A DNA stretch of 54,367 nt, from positions 1-54,367 of the IMG/VR virus record IMGVR_UViG_3300020591_000121; one strand, written 5' to 3'. Positions within the stretch are counted from its first letter, which is position 1; every line of letters begins with the position of its first letter. The notes under the pieces were generated by a model. The model saw only the letters and a list, made by a program, of their open reading frames with translations, was not told the origin of the DNA and did not search any database. Shown here piece by piece: positions 17,204 to 25,848 of this stretch. A program made the translations under genes and the position numbers. Source of the DNA: a virus. Lineage: Duplodnaviria; Caudoviricetes.

Positions 17204-17362
17204 GCGTCTCTCCGGTTGACCGAGCCGGAGACAGTATGCCGCTCAGTGATTCGCGTCTGCGTCCCTTCCGGAGTTGACGGAAAGCCCATGCCCTGACGCG
17301 CGTGTGCCTCCCGACGTCTCCGGATGTCTCTTTCGGCAGCGGTCTCCCTAGGCCGTCTCACT

Positions 17363-17397
17363 GGCGGGCTGCGGTGTTAGTCGCAGTCCGCCCTTTT
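17363..17397 (+). terminator. Intrinsic terminator-like hairpin (tR1 position)
   Basis: GGCGGGCTGCG/CGCAGTCCGCC stem followed by CTTTT. Confidence 0.55.
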
Positions 17398-17413
17398 ACC
17401 CTCGGGGGAGGGC

Positions 17414-18037
17414 ATGATTATTGGGGGCTTTCATTCTCGTCTGTTTGGTCCGTCGCGCTCTGAAACGCGGGCGGCGGTAGAGGGTTATCGCGATCTTCTG
17501 CGCGAGAGCATCCCCGGGGAGACGTTCCCCGTCACCGATCTGGCGCGGGACTACGAGGACGCCCGGCAGAAGCACGGCTGGCCGCCGCTCGATGCGACGA
17601 CGCTGCTGCGTGAGCTGGAGGCCCTCGGCATTCGCCAGTTCATGGCCATCAAGGTGCCGTGGGCGGTGAACGGTTCGCCACCGCCCGTTGCCCTGCCGAA
17701 GCCGGCCGAACCGGAAGGCCGCTTCGAATTCGCCGAACCCGCAGCCGAACCGTTCGAACCCGAACCGGTCATGGCTTCGGTTCGCCCTCTGCGAACGGTT
17801 CGGATCGTCAATTCGGGAAAGGTCTCGAAGGCCGAAGCGCTCGCCGACCTGCAGGCGCGCCTGGCGCGCGGCGAGACCATCCCCTCACAGCAGGCGCTCG
17901 CGGAGAGCTGGGGCCGCGCCGAGGGCACGGTGAGCGACTGGATGTCGGCATGGCGCCGCGCGGGGCTCATCCCGCAGCCGGTGCGGGACTGGCGCTCGAA
18001 CAGCTATCGCCTGCCGAACAGCGCGAGGGCCGCATAG
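17414..18037 (+). CDS. Soluble DNA-binding protein with C-terminal HTH (paralogous domain to 24635-25699)
   Basis: C-terminal SQQALAESWGRAEGTVSDWMSAW HTH; Pro/Glu linker encoded by a DNA palindrome cluster. Confidence 0.75.
   Translation: MIIGGFHSRLFGPSRSETRAAVEGYRDLLRESIPGETFPVTDLARDYEDARQKHGWPPLDATTLLRELEALGIRQFMAIKVPWAVNGSPPPVALPKPAEPEGRFEFAEPAAEPFEPEPVMASVRPLRTVRIVNSGKVSKAEALADLQARLARGETIPSQQALAESWGRAEGTVSDWMSAWRRAGLIPQPVRDWRSNSYRLPNSARAA
17668..17802. repeat. Intragenic GAAC-N-GTTC palindrome cluster A
   Basis: GAACGGTTC 17668-17676, CGAACCGTTCG 17746-17756, CGAACGGTTCG 17792-17802, plus several CGAAC/GTTCG half sites. Confidence 0.85.
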
Positions 18038-18340
18038 ATGCTCACGCACCAGCAGCGCGAAGTGATGCTGTTCGTTGAAGCCCATCAGGCGCGCACGGGC
18101 GGGGTCTCGCCGTCGCTTGCAGAGATCGCAGAGCATTTGCATCAGCGCAGCCGGTCGAATGTCGAGCGTCTGCTGGTGGGCTTGGAGCAGCGCGGGTTCA
18201 TTCGCCGGCTGCCCCGCGCTGCGCGGGCCATTGAGGTGTTGAGGCCAGTGAGCAGGTTCGCGTTTCACCGCTTTGATGCGGAGACGAAGCAGTTGCGTCC
18301 GTTTGCGTCCCCAAAAACGAAGGAAGCCTCGGAGGGCTAA
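18038..18340 (+). CDS. LexA DNA-binding-domain-only protein
   Basis: MLT..Q...FV......G.SPS..EI...L...S.S.V.RL...LE.RGFIRRLP..ARAIEV resembles the alphaproteobacterial LexA N-domain; no peptidase domain. Confidence 0.8.
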   Translation: MLTHQQREVMLFVEAHQARTGGVSPSLAEIAEHLHQRSRSNVERLLVGLEQRGFIRRLPRAARAIEVLRPVSRFAFHRFDAETKQLRPFASPKTKEASEG

Positions 18341-18478
18341 TCCGAGGCTTCGATACGGTTTCAAATCGGGTGCTTCGGGTCGGTTGGCGCCGACGTGGAA
18401 GCTGAAAGGATGCGAAGTGTTTATACGCCTTACGCAGCGCGCCTGCAATAGCTTGCAAGTAACTTTTCGGGGGCTGGC

Positions 18479-19918
18479 ATGCTGAACAGCCTCACGAAGC
18501 AGGAGATTGGCGTACCCGACGCCGAGATGCGTCAGCCGCCGTTCAATCTCGAGCTCGAGCAAGCCCTGCTGGGTGCGCTGCTGATCAACAACGCCACCTA
18601 TGAGCGTGTGGCAGGCATCATCGACGGGCAGCACTTCTTCGACAGCCTGCACGCGCAGATCTTCGATGTGATCGCCGACCTCGCCGGAAAGGGGCGCGCA
18701 GCGACGCCTCTCACGCTGCGGACCTATTTCGAGGATGCGCCGGACATATCTGCTGGCCTCACCGTGCCCCAGTACCTCGGCACGCTCGCCAGCAAGGCGA
18801 CGACGGTCATCAACGCGGTCGACTACGCCCGCGCCATCGTCGATCTCTCCACCCGCCGCGCGCTGATCGTCATCGGCGAAGACGTCGTCAACAGCGCCTA
18901 TGACGCCTCCGCGACCATCGCCCCGCAATCCCTCATCGAGGATGCCGAGGCGCGGCTATTCGAGATCGCGGAGAAGGGTCGCAACATCCGCGACGAGATC
19001 ATGTTCGCGGACGCCTCGCTGCAGGCGGTGAAAAGCGCGAACGATGCATACCGGAGCGGCGGGCGCATGCGCGGGCTGTCAACGGGGTTTGAAGACCTCG
19101 ACAACAAGCTCGGCGGGCTCCAGCAGTCCGATCTCATCATCCTCGCCGGCCGCCCCTCGATGGGCAAAACGGCGCTCGCCACCAACATCGCCTATAACGT
19201 TGCGCGCCAAGGCCTTGCCGTCGATTTTCGCTCGCTGGAAATGAGCGCCGAGCAATTGGCGTTGCGCATCCTCTCCAGCGTCTCGGGCATCCCCAGCGAG
19301 AGGCTGCGCCGGGGGGATTGCAGCGAAGACGACATGCGCAGGCTCATCGAGGCACAGCGCAAGATCGCCGACACGCCCCTGATCACCGACGAGAGCGGCG
19401 GCCTTTCCATCGCCCAGCTAGCAGCGCGGGCCAGGCGCACCAAGCGCAAGCACGGAACGGAACTAATCGTCGTCGACTACCTGCAGCTCATGGCGGGCAA
19501 CAAGCGCGCGCGCGACGGGCGGGTGCAGGAGGTTACGGAGATCACCACCGGCCTCAAGGCGCTCGCCAAAGAGCTGCAGGTACCGATCATCGCGCTGTCG
19601 CAGCTCAACCGCTCCGTCGAGGGGAGGACGGAGAAGCGACCGCAGCTTTCCGACCTCCGCGAGTCGGGATCGATCGAGCAGGACGCCGATATCGTGCTCT
19701 TCGTCTACCGCGAGGAGTACTACGTCGAGCGCCAGCAGCCCGATCCGTCGGACATGGAGAAGACTGCCGAGTGGATGCGGAACATGGAGCGCGTCGCCGG
19801 CAAGGCCGAGGTCATCCTCGGCAAGCAGCGCCACGGCCCCACGGGCGTCGTGCAGATGGCTTTCGACGGCAAGCTGACGCGGTTCTCCGATCTGGCGCGG
19901 GAGTATGCCTCGCCATGA
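18479..19918 (+). CDS. dnaB: Replicative DNA helicase (phage-encoded)
   Basis: PPFNLELEQALLG, AGRPSMGKT, SLEMS, VDYLQL, LSQLNR, DLRESGSIEQDAD, KQRHGPTG. Confidence 0.96.
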   Translation: MLNSLTKQEIGVPDAEMRQPPFNLELEQALLGALLINNATYERVAGIIDGQHFFDSLHAQIFDVIADLAGKGRAATPLTLRTYFEDAPDISAGLTVPQYLGTLASKATTVINAVDYARAIVDLSTRRALIVIGEDVVNSAYDASATIAPQSLIEDAEARLFEIAEKGRNIRDEIMFADASLQAVKSANDAYRSGGRMRGLSTGFEDLDNKLGGLQQSDLIILAGRPSMGKTALATNIAYNVARQGLAVDFRSLEMSAEQLALRILSSVSGIPSERLRRGDCSEDDMRRLIEAQRKIADTPLITDESGGLSIAQLAARARRTKRKHGTELIVVDYLQLMAGNKRARDGRVQEVTEITTGLKALAKELQVPIIALSQLNRSVEGRTEKRPQLSDLRESGSIEQDADIVLFVYREEYYVERQQPDPSDMEKTAEWMRNMERVAGKAEVILGKQRHGPTGVVQMAFDGKLTRFSDLAREYASP

Positions 19919-21120
19919 GCAACTTCGGGCACAATAGCGGCGATACGCTGGATGACGATTTGGATACGCGCCCTGGTGACTGGATCGCACTGTCTCGCAA
20001 GGTGCGTGAGCATCCCGTCGTAGGGCTCGGAAACCCCGTGAAACCGGCCGACCCAAAGCGGGGATCGTGTAGCCGTTTCGAGGCGTGGTTCGACCTGCTT
20101 TGTCTCGCGCAATGGAAGCCGTCGCGCATCAACAACAAGGGCCAAGTTATCACCCTCGACGTGGGGCAGCTGATGGGTGCTCTGCCGTTTTTGGCCGATC
20201 GGTGGAATTGGACCGTTGCGGCGGTGCGCTGGTTTTTATCCACACTGGAGCGCGAAGAGATGATCTCTCGCGCATCACCAAACACAGTGGATCACGACAG
20301 CCGCAACAGCAGGCAACCAACAAACAAGTGCAACGTCATAACCATAAGGAATTACAGCAGATATCAGCTTCTTGCCGAGGCTGTTGACGCCTACGTACAG
20401 CAGGCAAAGCAGCAGGCGAACGACAGCCGCACAGCAGCCGAGCAGCAGGCCAACAGCAGCAACTTAACACTTAAACACTTAAACACAGACTCTCCCCCCT
20501 TCCCCCCTCCGGGGGGCGACGACGTGAAGACGCGCCGCAAGGCAGAGAAGGCGGCAGAGACGCGCAAGCGCAAGGCCGAGCGTGCGCAAGTCTGCGACGA
20601 GGCCTTCGATGTCTACAACAAGGCCGCCGCGCATTTCGGCTTCTACGCATGCGAGAGCCGCACCGACGAGCGGCGAGCAAGGATGCTCAAGCGCCTCGAC
20701 GCGATCGGCGGCATCGAACGTTTCCGCGTTGCGCTTCGGCAAGTCGGCAAGGACGAGTTCCTGTCGGGTCGCGCCCCTGGCCGCGACGGCAAGCCGTTCC
20801 GTCTCGACATCGACCGGCTGCTCTCGACTGGTAGCGGATTGGGCGATGTCCTGGCGCGGTTGCTTGACCTGGCCACCGATGTGGACATGACGGGCCCCAA
20901 CGGTAAACGCTGGGGATGGTGGCGCGGCAAGGAGGCCGAGTTCCGGTCGCTCCCGCTAGACTACTGGCGCCGCCTCGACGCCGATCAAAAGCCAAACGGC
21001 ACATGGCCATGGTGGGTCATGGGTGCACCTCCCGGTCATGAGGAATGCATGATGCCGGCGGAGCTGGTCGCGGAGCGGGGCTACACCGAAATCTACCAAG
21101 GGAAAATCACCCATGACTGA
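19915..21120 (+). CDS. Phage replication initiator (O-like)
   Basis: W..L.R, EAW.DL, GQ......LA.RW.W....V..FL..L, ITI.NY..YQ wHTH pattern; internal repeats. Confidence 0.75.
   Translation: MSNFGHNSGDTLDDDLDTRPGDWIALSRKVREHPVVGLGNPVKPADPKRGSCSRFEAWFDLLCLAQWKPSRINNKGQVITLDVGQLMGALPFLADRWNWTVAAVRWFLSTLEREEMISRASPNTVDHDSRNSRQPTNKCNVITIRNYSRYQLLAEAVDAYVQQAKQQANDSRTAAEQQANSSNLTLKHLNTDSPPFPPPGGDDVKTRRKAEKAAETRKRKAERAQVCDEAFDVYNKAAAHFGFYACESRTDERRARMLKRLDAIGGIERFRVALRQVGKDEFLSGRAPGRDGKPFRLDIDRLLSTGSGLGDVLARLLDLATDVDMTGPNGKRWGWWRGKEAEFRSLPLDYWRRLDADQKPNGTWPWWVMGAPPGHEECMMPAELVAERGYTEIYQGKITHD
20293..20488. repeat. Probable replication origin (iteron-like repeats plus AT-rich tandem)
   Basis: Repeated CAGCAGGC and ACGACAGCCGCA, followed by ACTTAAC-ACTTAAAC-ACTTAAAC, inside the initiator gene. 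Confidence 0.55.
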
Positions 21121-21706
21121 GTTGTTCGACCGGCTTCTCTCGAGCGGCAACGCGCTCCTCATCGACATCCTGGAGTGTGCATTCGATGCGATTGGCCCCA
21201 AGGACAAGTACGGATCTCCCATAGAGGTGGCCTTTGCAGCGGCCACGCATGCCCTTTGCACTACGCGTTTTCAGGATGAAGTCGGATACGTCGCTGAGTT
21301 TGGCCTCACGCACCGGCAGTTGTGTGAGCGCCCTATGGAGGGGCGTCAATTCGCTGCCGTCGCGCCGCAGGTTCAGATTGGACTCTCCCGCGTCGATTTT
21401 CTGATCGTTCATCCTCGCGGCTTGAGCGGGCTTGGTGGTGTGGTCATCGAAGTCGACGGCCACGACTTCCACGAGCGAACGAAAGAACAGGCTCAGCGTG
21501 ACAAGGCTCGCGATAGAGAGCTTCAGGATCGGGGATTTCGCGTCTTCCGCTTCACGGGCAGCGAGGTTTGGCGCGATCCGTTCTCATGCGCGCAAGACGC
21601 GATAATGCACGCTCATTCTGTGTCGATTGATGCCTTGCATGCCCGCCACCTAATGAGCGTCGGCGATATCAATGGCGCGAAGAGAGCACTGAGTTGGATG
21701 CACTAA
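21113..21706 (+). CDS. DUF559-like PD-(D/E)xK endonuclease
   Basis: RVDF, IEVDGHDFH, RDKARDRELQ..G..VFRFTGSEV. Confidence 0.85.
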   Translation: MTELFDRLLSSGNALLIDILECAFDAIGPKDKYGSPIEVAFAAATHALCTTRFQDEVGYVAEFGLTHRQLCERPMEGRQFAAVAPQVQIGLSRVDFLIVHPRGLSGLGGVVIEVDGHDFHERTKEQAQRDKARDRELQDRGFRVFRFTGSEVWRDPFSCAQDAIMHAHSVSIDALHARHLMSVGDINGAKRALSWMH

Positions 21707-21724
21707 TAGCTTACGGGAAACGAA

Positions 21725-21889
21725 ATGCAGCAGACCAAGGCAAAAATCACCGACCGCGAGCGCGATGAAATGCGCAAGTTGCGCAAGCTGGGCTGGTCGG
21801 TGAACGGCCTTGCGCGGCGCTACGGGGTCGACGTCGAGCAGGTCTATCGCGAATTGGGCGAGCAATCACCGCGCTCGGCCGCGGCTTAA
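21725..21889 (+). CDS. Small HTH protein (54 aa, not in ORF track)
   Basis: GWSVNGLARRYGVDVEQVYREL. Confidence 0.6.
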   Translation: MQQTKAKITDRERDEMRKLRKLGWSVNGLARRYGVDVEQVYRELGEQSPRSAAA

Positions 21890-21898
21890 GGGGGAACC

Positions 21899-22897
21899 AT
21901 GGGGGCGAAGCGCAAACTCACGACGGAAGAACGCCAGGCACAGCGCCTGCGCGTCATCCGCAACCGGACGTACAAAACGCTGCGGGACGAACTGGGGATC
22001 GACGTCGATGTGCTCGTCGCCGATGACAAGGCGGCCTTGGCGCAAGCCGAACGCAACGTCGCGAAGCTGCGACAGGTCGGGCAGCGGATGCGAATGGGGC
22101 AATCCCCCACAGCGCCGACACCGGAACGGCGGCGGCATGCCACGGCTGCGCCGCGCACGATCGAGATCAGTCCGGCGCAGCCGGTGGCGCACCGGTTCGA
22201 GTGGCCATTGGAGACGATCCGCGACCGGCTCACGAGCTATCAGTTCGAGGCAGCCGAACGGCTGCGCGCCGCCTACCTCGACATGCAGCCACGCTCAGCG
22301 GTCGCGGACACGACGGGAGCGGGCGGAGCCTCCGATCCGTCGGGGCGACTGGCGATCACCGAGCAGATGGAATTTGCCTCGCGCGAGTTCCACTGGATCG
22401 TTGGCCGGCTGGATCGCTCGATGCGCCGCATCGTGGAGAACTTCATCCTCGAAAGTGTACCCCACGGCCGCGAGCGGTGCCTCACCATTGCCGAGTACGG
22501 CAACAAGCTCTCCGGCATGGGCGGGCAGAACCAGGGTCGCGCGGCGGGCCTCACCGCCATCATGCTCACATGCGACCGGCTCGGCTATCTCTGGCACGAC
22601 TACGATGGCTGGAAGCGCGAGCAGTGCCTCAGGACCGATCGCATGATGCACAGCGAGATCGGACAACGGGCGGGACGGCAGGGGTGGATCGTTGCGCTGT
22701 GGGCGTTCTGCCATCGCCACCATCGGCTTCCGAACCTTCAGGGTGAAATCGACGAAATCCGCAACTGTCACGACCGGGAAGCATTGCGCCTGCGCAACGC
22801 GCCGCCGATGGAGCTCGAGCGCTACCACCGTCGCCGGGACCGTCTGACGGGCATTGCTTTCCGTGACAGCGACGAGCGCGTGAGGGTGGTGGCATGA
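21899..22897 (+). CDS. Hypothetical protein, possible late-gene regulator (DUF6456-like)
   Basis: LTSYQFEAAERLR motif; position downstream of the replication genes. Confidence 0.5.
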   Translation: MGAKRKLTTEERQAQRLRVIRNRTYKTLRDELGIDVDVLVADDKAALAQAERNVAKLRQVGQRMRMGQSPTAPTPERRRHATAAPRTIEISPAQPVAHRFEWPLETIRDRLTSYQFEAAERLRAAYLDMQPRSAVADTTGAGGASDPSGRLAITEQMEFASREFHWIVGRLDRSMRRIVENFILESVPHGRERCLTIAEYGNKLSGMGGQNQGRAAGLTAIMLTCDRLGYLWHDYDGWKREQCLRTDRMMHSEIGQRAGRQGWIVALWAFCHRHHRLPNLQGEIDEIRNCHDREALRLRNAPPMELERYHRRRDRLTGIAFRDSDERVRVVA

Positions 22898-23133
22898 CAA
22901 CGGTTGCCGAGCATCCGCGGCTTGACGATCACCAGCTTCCGGCTCCGCTTGTGGACGCATTCGCACAACTGCTCTGGATCCGGCTCCGGCCGTACCTTGC
23001 ACTCGGCCCGAGCGGCCGTGCGGGTATCTGGCGGTGCGACTTCGACGATTTACCTGACATGGCCAAGGCACCGCTGCAGCTCGCCGCACGCGATGTGCTG
23101 AAGGCAACCATCGTAGGGAGCGGTGTGCAATGA
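22894..23133 (+). CDS. Hypothetical protein
   Basis: ATGA-coupled. Confidence 0.55.
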   Translation: MTTVAEHPRLDDHQLPAPLVDAFAQLLWIRLRPYLALGPSGRAGIWRCDFDDLPDMAKAPLQLAARDVLKATIVGSGVQ

Positions 23134-23366
23134 GAAACGACCGAGACTGGCGCGCCATCGACCGGCAGCGGCGCGCGGATGATTGGCGCTACGCTGGCGA
23201 GTTCTTTCTGTGGCCGCTCTGGGCGATAGGAGCGGTTATCACCATGGCGATGGTTGGCGCCGTCGTCATCCTTATCGCAGCCTGCGCTGTGTTGGTGCGG
23301 ATGCTGCCGTGGATCGTTGCCATGTTCGCGGCGATCATCCTCGCTCGATGCGCGGGGGTGCTGTAA
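23130..23366 (+). CDS. Small membrane protein
   Basis: Two hydrophobic segments; coupled. Confidence 0.6.
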   Translation: MRNDRDWRAIDRQRRADDWRYAGEFFLWPLWAIGAVITMAMVGAVVILIAACAVLVRMLPWIVAMFAAIILARCAGVL

Positions 23367-23752
23367 TGCGAGTGCTCGTCTGCGGCGGTCGAAACTACGC
23401 CGACAAGGCCAAGGTCTATGCCACGCTCAATGCGCTTTGTCTCGATCGCGGCATGAAGGGTGACGAGGACGCCTACGGCAATTGGATGCCGAAAGACATG
23501 CGGATCATTCACGGCGGCGCCCCCGGCGCCGACGCTCTGGCCGACGATTGGGCCGTCGTGAATTGGGTCCCGGTCGACGAGTTCAAGGCCGACTGGACCA
23601 TGCATGGCCCTGCTGCTGGCCCCATTCGAAATCAACACATGCTTGACGAGGGTAAGCCCGACCTCGTTGTGGCGTTTCCGGGCGGGCGCGGAACGGCCGA
23701 CATGGTGCGCCGAGCGCGCGATGCTGGCGTCGAGGTGATCGAGATAGGATAA
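23366..23752 (+). CDS. SLOG-family (YspA/DUF2493-like) protein
   Basis: VLVCGGRNY, IIHGGAPGAD, AAGPIRNQHML, AFPGGRGTADM. Confidence 0.85.
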   Translation: MRVLVCGGRNYADKAKVYATLNALCLDRGMKGDEDAYGNWMPKDMRIIHGGAPGADALADDWAVVNWVPVDEFKADWTMHGPAAGPIRNQHMLDEGKPDLVVAFPGGRGTADMVRRARDAGVEVIEIG

Positions 23753-23764
23753 CGGAGAGATTCA

Positions 23765-24019
23765 ATGACCAAGCTCTCTTACGCGTGGGATGCGTTTCTA
23801 GTGGCGTTGATCATCGGCGGGTGGTTTGCCCTCTGCACGGCGCTCGTTGGCGCTCTGCGGGCCGCTGGCTTCGATCTAGAGGGGTGGCAGGGCACAGCGG
23901 TGATCCTTGCTGCGCTCGGAGCCATTCTCGGTGCCGCGCTGCGCATGGTGCGCGTGCGGGCGTACGATGCCGGTTTCGACCGCGGCCGTGATGGCGAGGC
24001 GGACGAGGCGCCGTTCTGA
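23765..24019 (+). CDS. Small 2-TM membrane protein
   Basis: GGAGA RBS; two hydrophobic helices. Confidence 0.6.
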   Translation: MTKLSYAWDAFLVALIIGGWFALCTALVGALRAAGFDLEGWQGTAVILAALGAILGAALRMVRVRAYDAGFDRGRDGEADEAPF

Positions 24020-24060
24020 GTTTCGTTCTTGAAAACAGGAAACGCAAGCTAGGAGGCCCC

Positions 24061-24555
24061 ATGCGCACCATCATCATCCTTGCCGCTCTCGCGGTGCTGT
24101 TTCCAACCGTCAGCCATGCCGAAGACTGGTCGCTGAGCACCTGGCAGCAGGGCCCGCGCTCGCCGTCTGCCTACGGGCACGCCAACAGAGCCAAGCCGAA
24201 GTGGCGCGCAACCGTACACCGCAGGAAACACCGGGAAGCACAGCCGCAAGAGAAGCAAGAGGTTCGGCTCTACCGGGCAGAGGATAAACCGCTTCCCGAG
24301 GGCGTAACATGCCAGCCCCAGGTGAGAGGGCTGGGAACCCAGTGGGTGGGGGAGCAGGGCGCACTCGATGCCGCCAAGAAAGATTGGATGGAAAGAGTGC
24401 GCTATGACCTGGGGGAATCCTACCTCGACATGGCGAATGCCCGCGATTTCGTCTCCCGTTGCGGGCGCGTGTCCATCGGTGAGGCGTTGGGGCAGGTGAT
24501 GTATCGCTGCGAGATCAAAGCACAGCCTTGCAAGGGCGTGTTCGCGGCGAAGTAG
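24061..24555 (+). CDS. Exported hypothetical protein
   Basis: AGGAGG RBS; signal peptide ending SHA; four Cys. Confidence 0.7.
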   Translation: MRTIIILAALAVLFPTVSHAEDWSLSTWQQGPRSPSAYGHANRAKPKWRATVHRRKHREAQPQEKQEVRLYRAEDKPLPEGVTCQPQVRGLGTQWVGEQGALDAAKKDWMERVRYDLGESYLDMANARDFVSRCGRVSIGEALGQVMYRCEIKAQPCKGVFAAK

Positions 24556-24576
24556 GACACCTAACGGGGTAGCAGG

Positions 24577-24609
24577 AAAAAGCCCCGGCAGCCGTGAGGC
24601 CACCGGGGC
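24577..24609 (-). terminator. Intrinsic terminator for the antisense cassette
   Basis: GCCCCGG/CCGGGGC stem with an A5 tract on + (U5 on -). Confidence 0.6.
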
Positions 24610-24634
24610 AGATGAAACATGCAGAACTTGCAGG

Positions 24635-25699
24635 TTACGCGGTCGCGAGCGCTTTGCATCGGCCTTGCTGGGTTCGGGCAGGGACCAGGCCCGACCGTTC
24701 CCACTCGCGGATCCACTCCGACATCGTCGATTTGGCGACGCCGTACCGTTCGCGCAGCTCGTCCTGGGAGCCGAACCGTTCGCCGAGGGCAAGGCGCGTC
24801 ACCAGATCGGCGGCGGCCTCGTCCTTCGTGTAGCCGCCACGGCCAGGGCGGTTCGGACGTTTAGGCGAACCGTTCGGCTGGCGAACCGTCTCTCCACCCC
24901 CGTTATCCGAACCGTTCGGCTGCGGGGCCGGCGAGGCGAACCGTTCGCGAAGCTCCGTCAGTTCGGCATCCGAAACCGAATTCAGTTCGGATGTCGGCTT
25001 CAGTTCGGCTTTCGCTTGCCGCTTCGGGCTGAACGCGAACCCGAACGAGACGATGGTGCCGAACTCGAGGAACAGGGTGGTGAAGAATGGGGCCAGCAGA
25101 ATGGCCAGCGCCCGAACCTGATCCTTGTCGTAACCGAGCGCCGCCGCGACATTGGCGAACTGTTCGGCCTCGGCTGAGACCGGCTTGGCCGGTTCGAGAA
25201 CCTGCAGCCGGGCTTCGAGGCCCTTCAGCGAGTTCTCATAGAAGGCGGCTGTCGCCTTCTTCGCCTTGCACTTCGGCCCGTCACCGCCGGCACACTCAGT
25301 ATCGCGGGCTTCGCGCTTGGCCCTGACGGCTTCGCGCTCGGCGGCGATCTGCGCTTCCAGATCGAGACGCTGGGCCACGAGCTGGTCGTGCTCGACGCCG
25401 GAGACGAGGGTCTTCTCTGCCTGGCGGCCGACACTGGAATAAACAACAAGCCCGGTGCCGGCGAGGAAGAGGGCCGTAAAGCCGAGGACCGACAACCAGT
25501 GGCGTTGACGGCGGGCCATATCGGCAAGGTGGCCGACCATCAGCGTGCCGGAGACGGTGACGAGGGTGAGCCAGTGCTTGAGCGTGATTTCCGCCCCGTG
25601 CATGAGGACGTCCTCGAAGAGGATCGCCAGCGTGCCTGAGGCGAGAACGACGCCCGCCGCGATTGCAAGGCCGCGGCCGGCCGTGTTAGAGTTCGTCAT
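24635..25699 (-). CDS. Membrane-anchored DNA-binding protein: 3 TM, coiled coil with Cys pair, TM, linker, HTH
   Basis: Four hydrophobic helices; ECAGGDGPKC hairpin; C-terminal SQDELRERYGVAKSTMSEWIREW HTH; AGGAAGGA RBS. Confidence 0.85.
   Translation of the reverse strand: MTNSNTAGRGLAIAAGVVLASGTLAILFEDVLMHGAEITLKHWLTLVTVSGTLMVGHLADMARRQRHWLSVLGFTALFLAGTGLVVYSSVGRQAEKTLVSGVEHDQLVAQRLDLEAQIAAEREAVRAKREARDTECAGGDGPKCKAKKATAAFYENSLKGLEARLQVLEPAKPVSAEAEQFANVAAALGYDKDQVRALAILLAPFFTTLFLEFGTIVSFGFAFSPKRQAKAELKPTSELNSVSDAELTELRERFASPAPQPNGSDNGGGETVRQPNGSPKRPNRPGRGGYTKDEAAADLVTRLALGERFGSQDELRERYGVAKSTMSEWIREWERSGLVPARTQQGRCKALATA
24742..25166. repeat. Intragenic CGAAC-N-GTTCG palindrome cluster B
   Basis: CGAACCGTTCG at 24772, 24866, 24908 and 24937; CGAACTGTTCG at 25156; one-mismatch copy at 24742; many half sites. 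Confidence 0.9.
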
Positions 25700-25780
25700 A
25701 GCAATGTTCCTTCCTAGGGTTCGTTGCGGTTTCAGAGCCCGGAGCGGTTGCCGCCTCTCCGGGCTTTTGCGTTTCTGATG

Positions 25781-25847
25781 GGCCTCATCAGCGAGGGCTT
25801 GACCCTCGGACCATCGCCGCCCCGTGTGAGGCGGCGAGGTTTCGGCC
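25781..25847 (-). ncRNA. Type II hammerhead ribozyme
   Basis: GGCC-GAAA-CC[UCGCCGC..GCGGCGA]UG-GUC^-CGAGGG(UCAAG)CCCUCG-CUGAUGA-GGCC: full core and three stems; predicted cut between 25809 and 25808. Confidence 0.88.
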
Positions 25848-25848
25848 T

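Noticed and set aside
19318-19914. N-terminal 199 aa of the 600-aa ORF
   Set aside because: Arg-rich off-frame read of dnaB; the ATGA-coupled start at 19915 is far more plausible.
24742-25166. Repeat cluster as a CRISPR array or as canonical LexA boxes
   Set aside because: Repeats are 11 bp, irregularly spaced and intragenic, with no cas genes. The half sites are inverted with a 1-bp spacer, and the direct-repeat spacings I checked were not N7.
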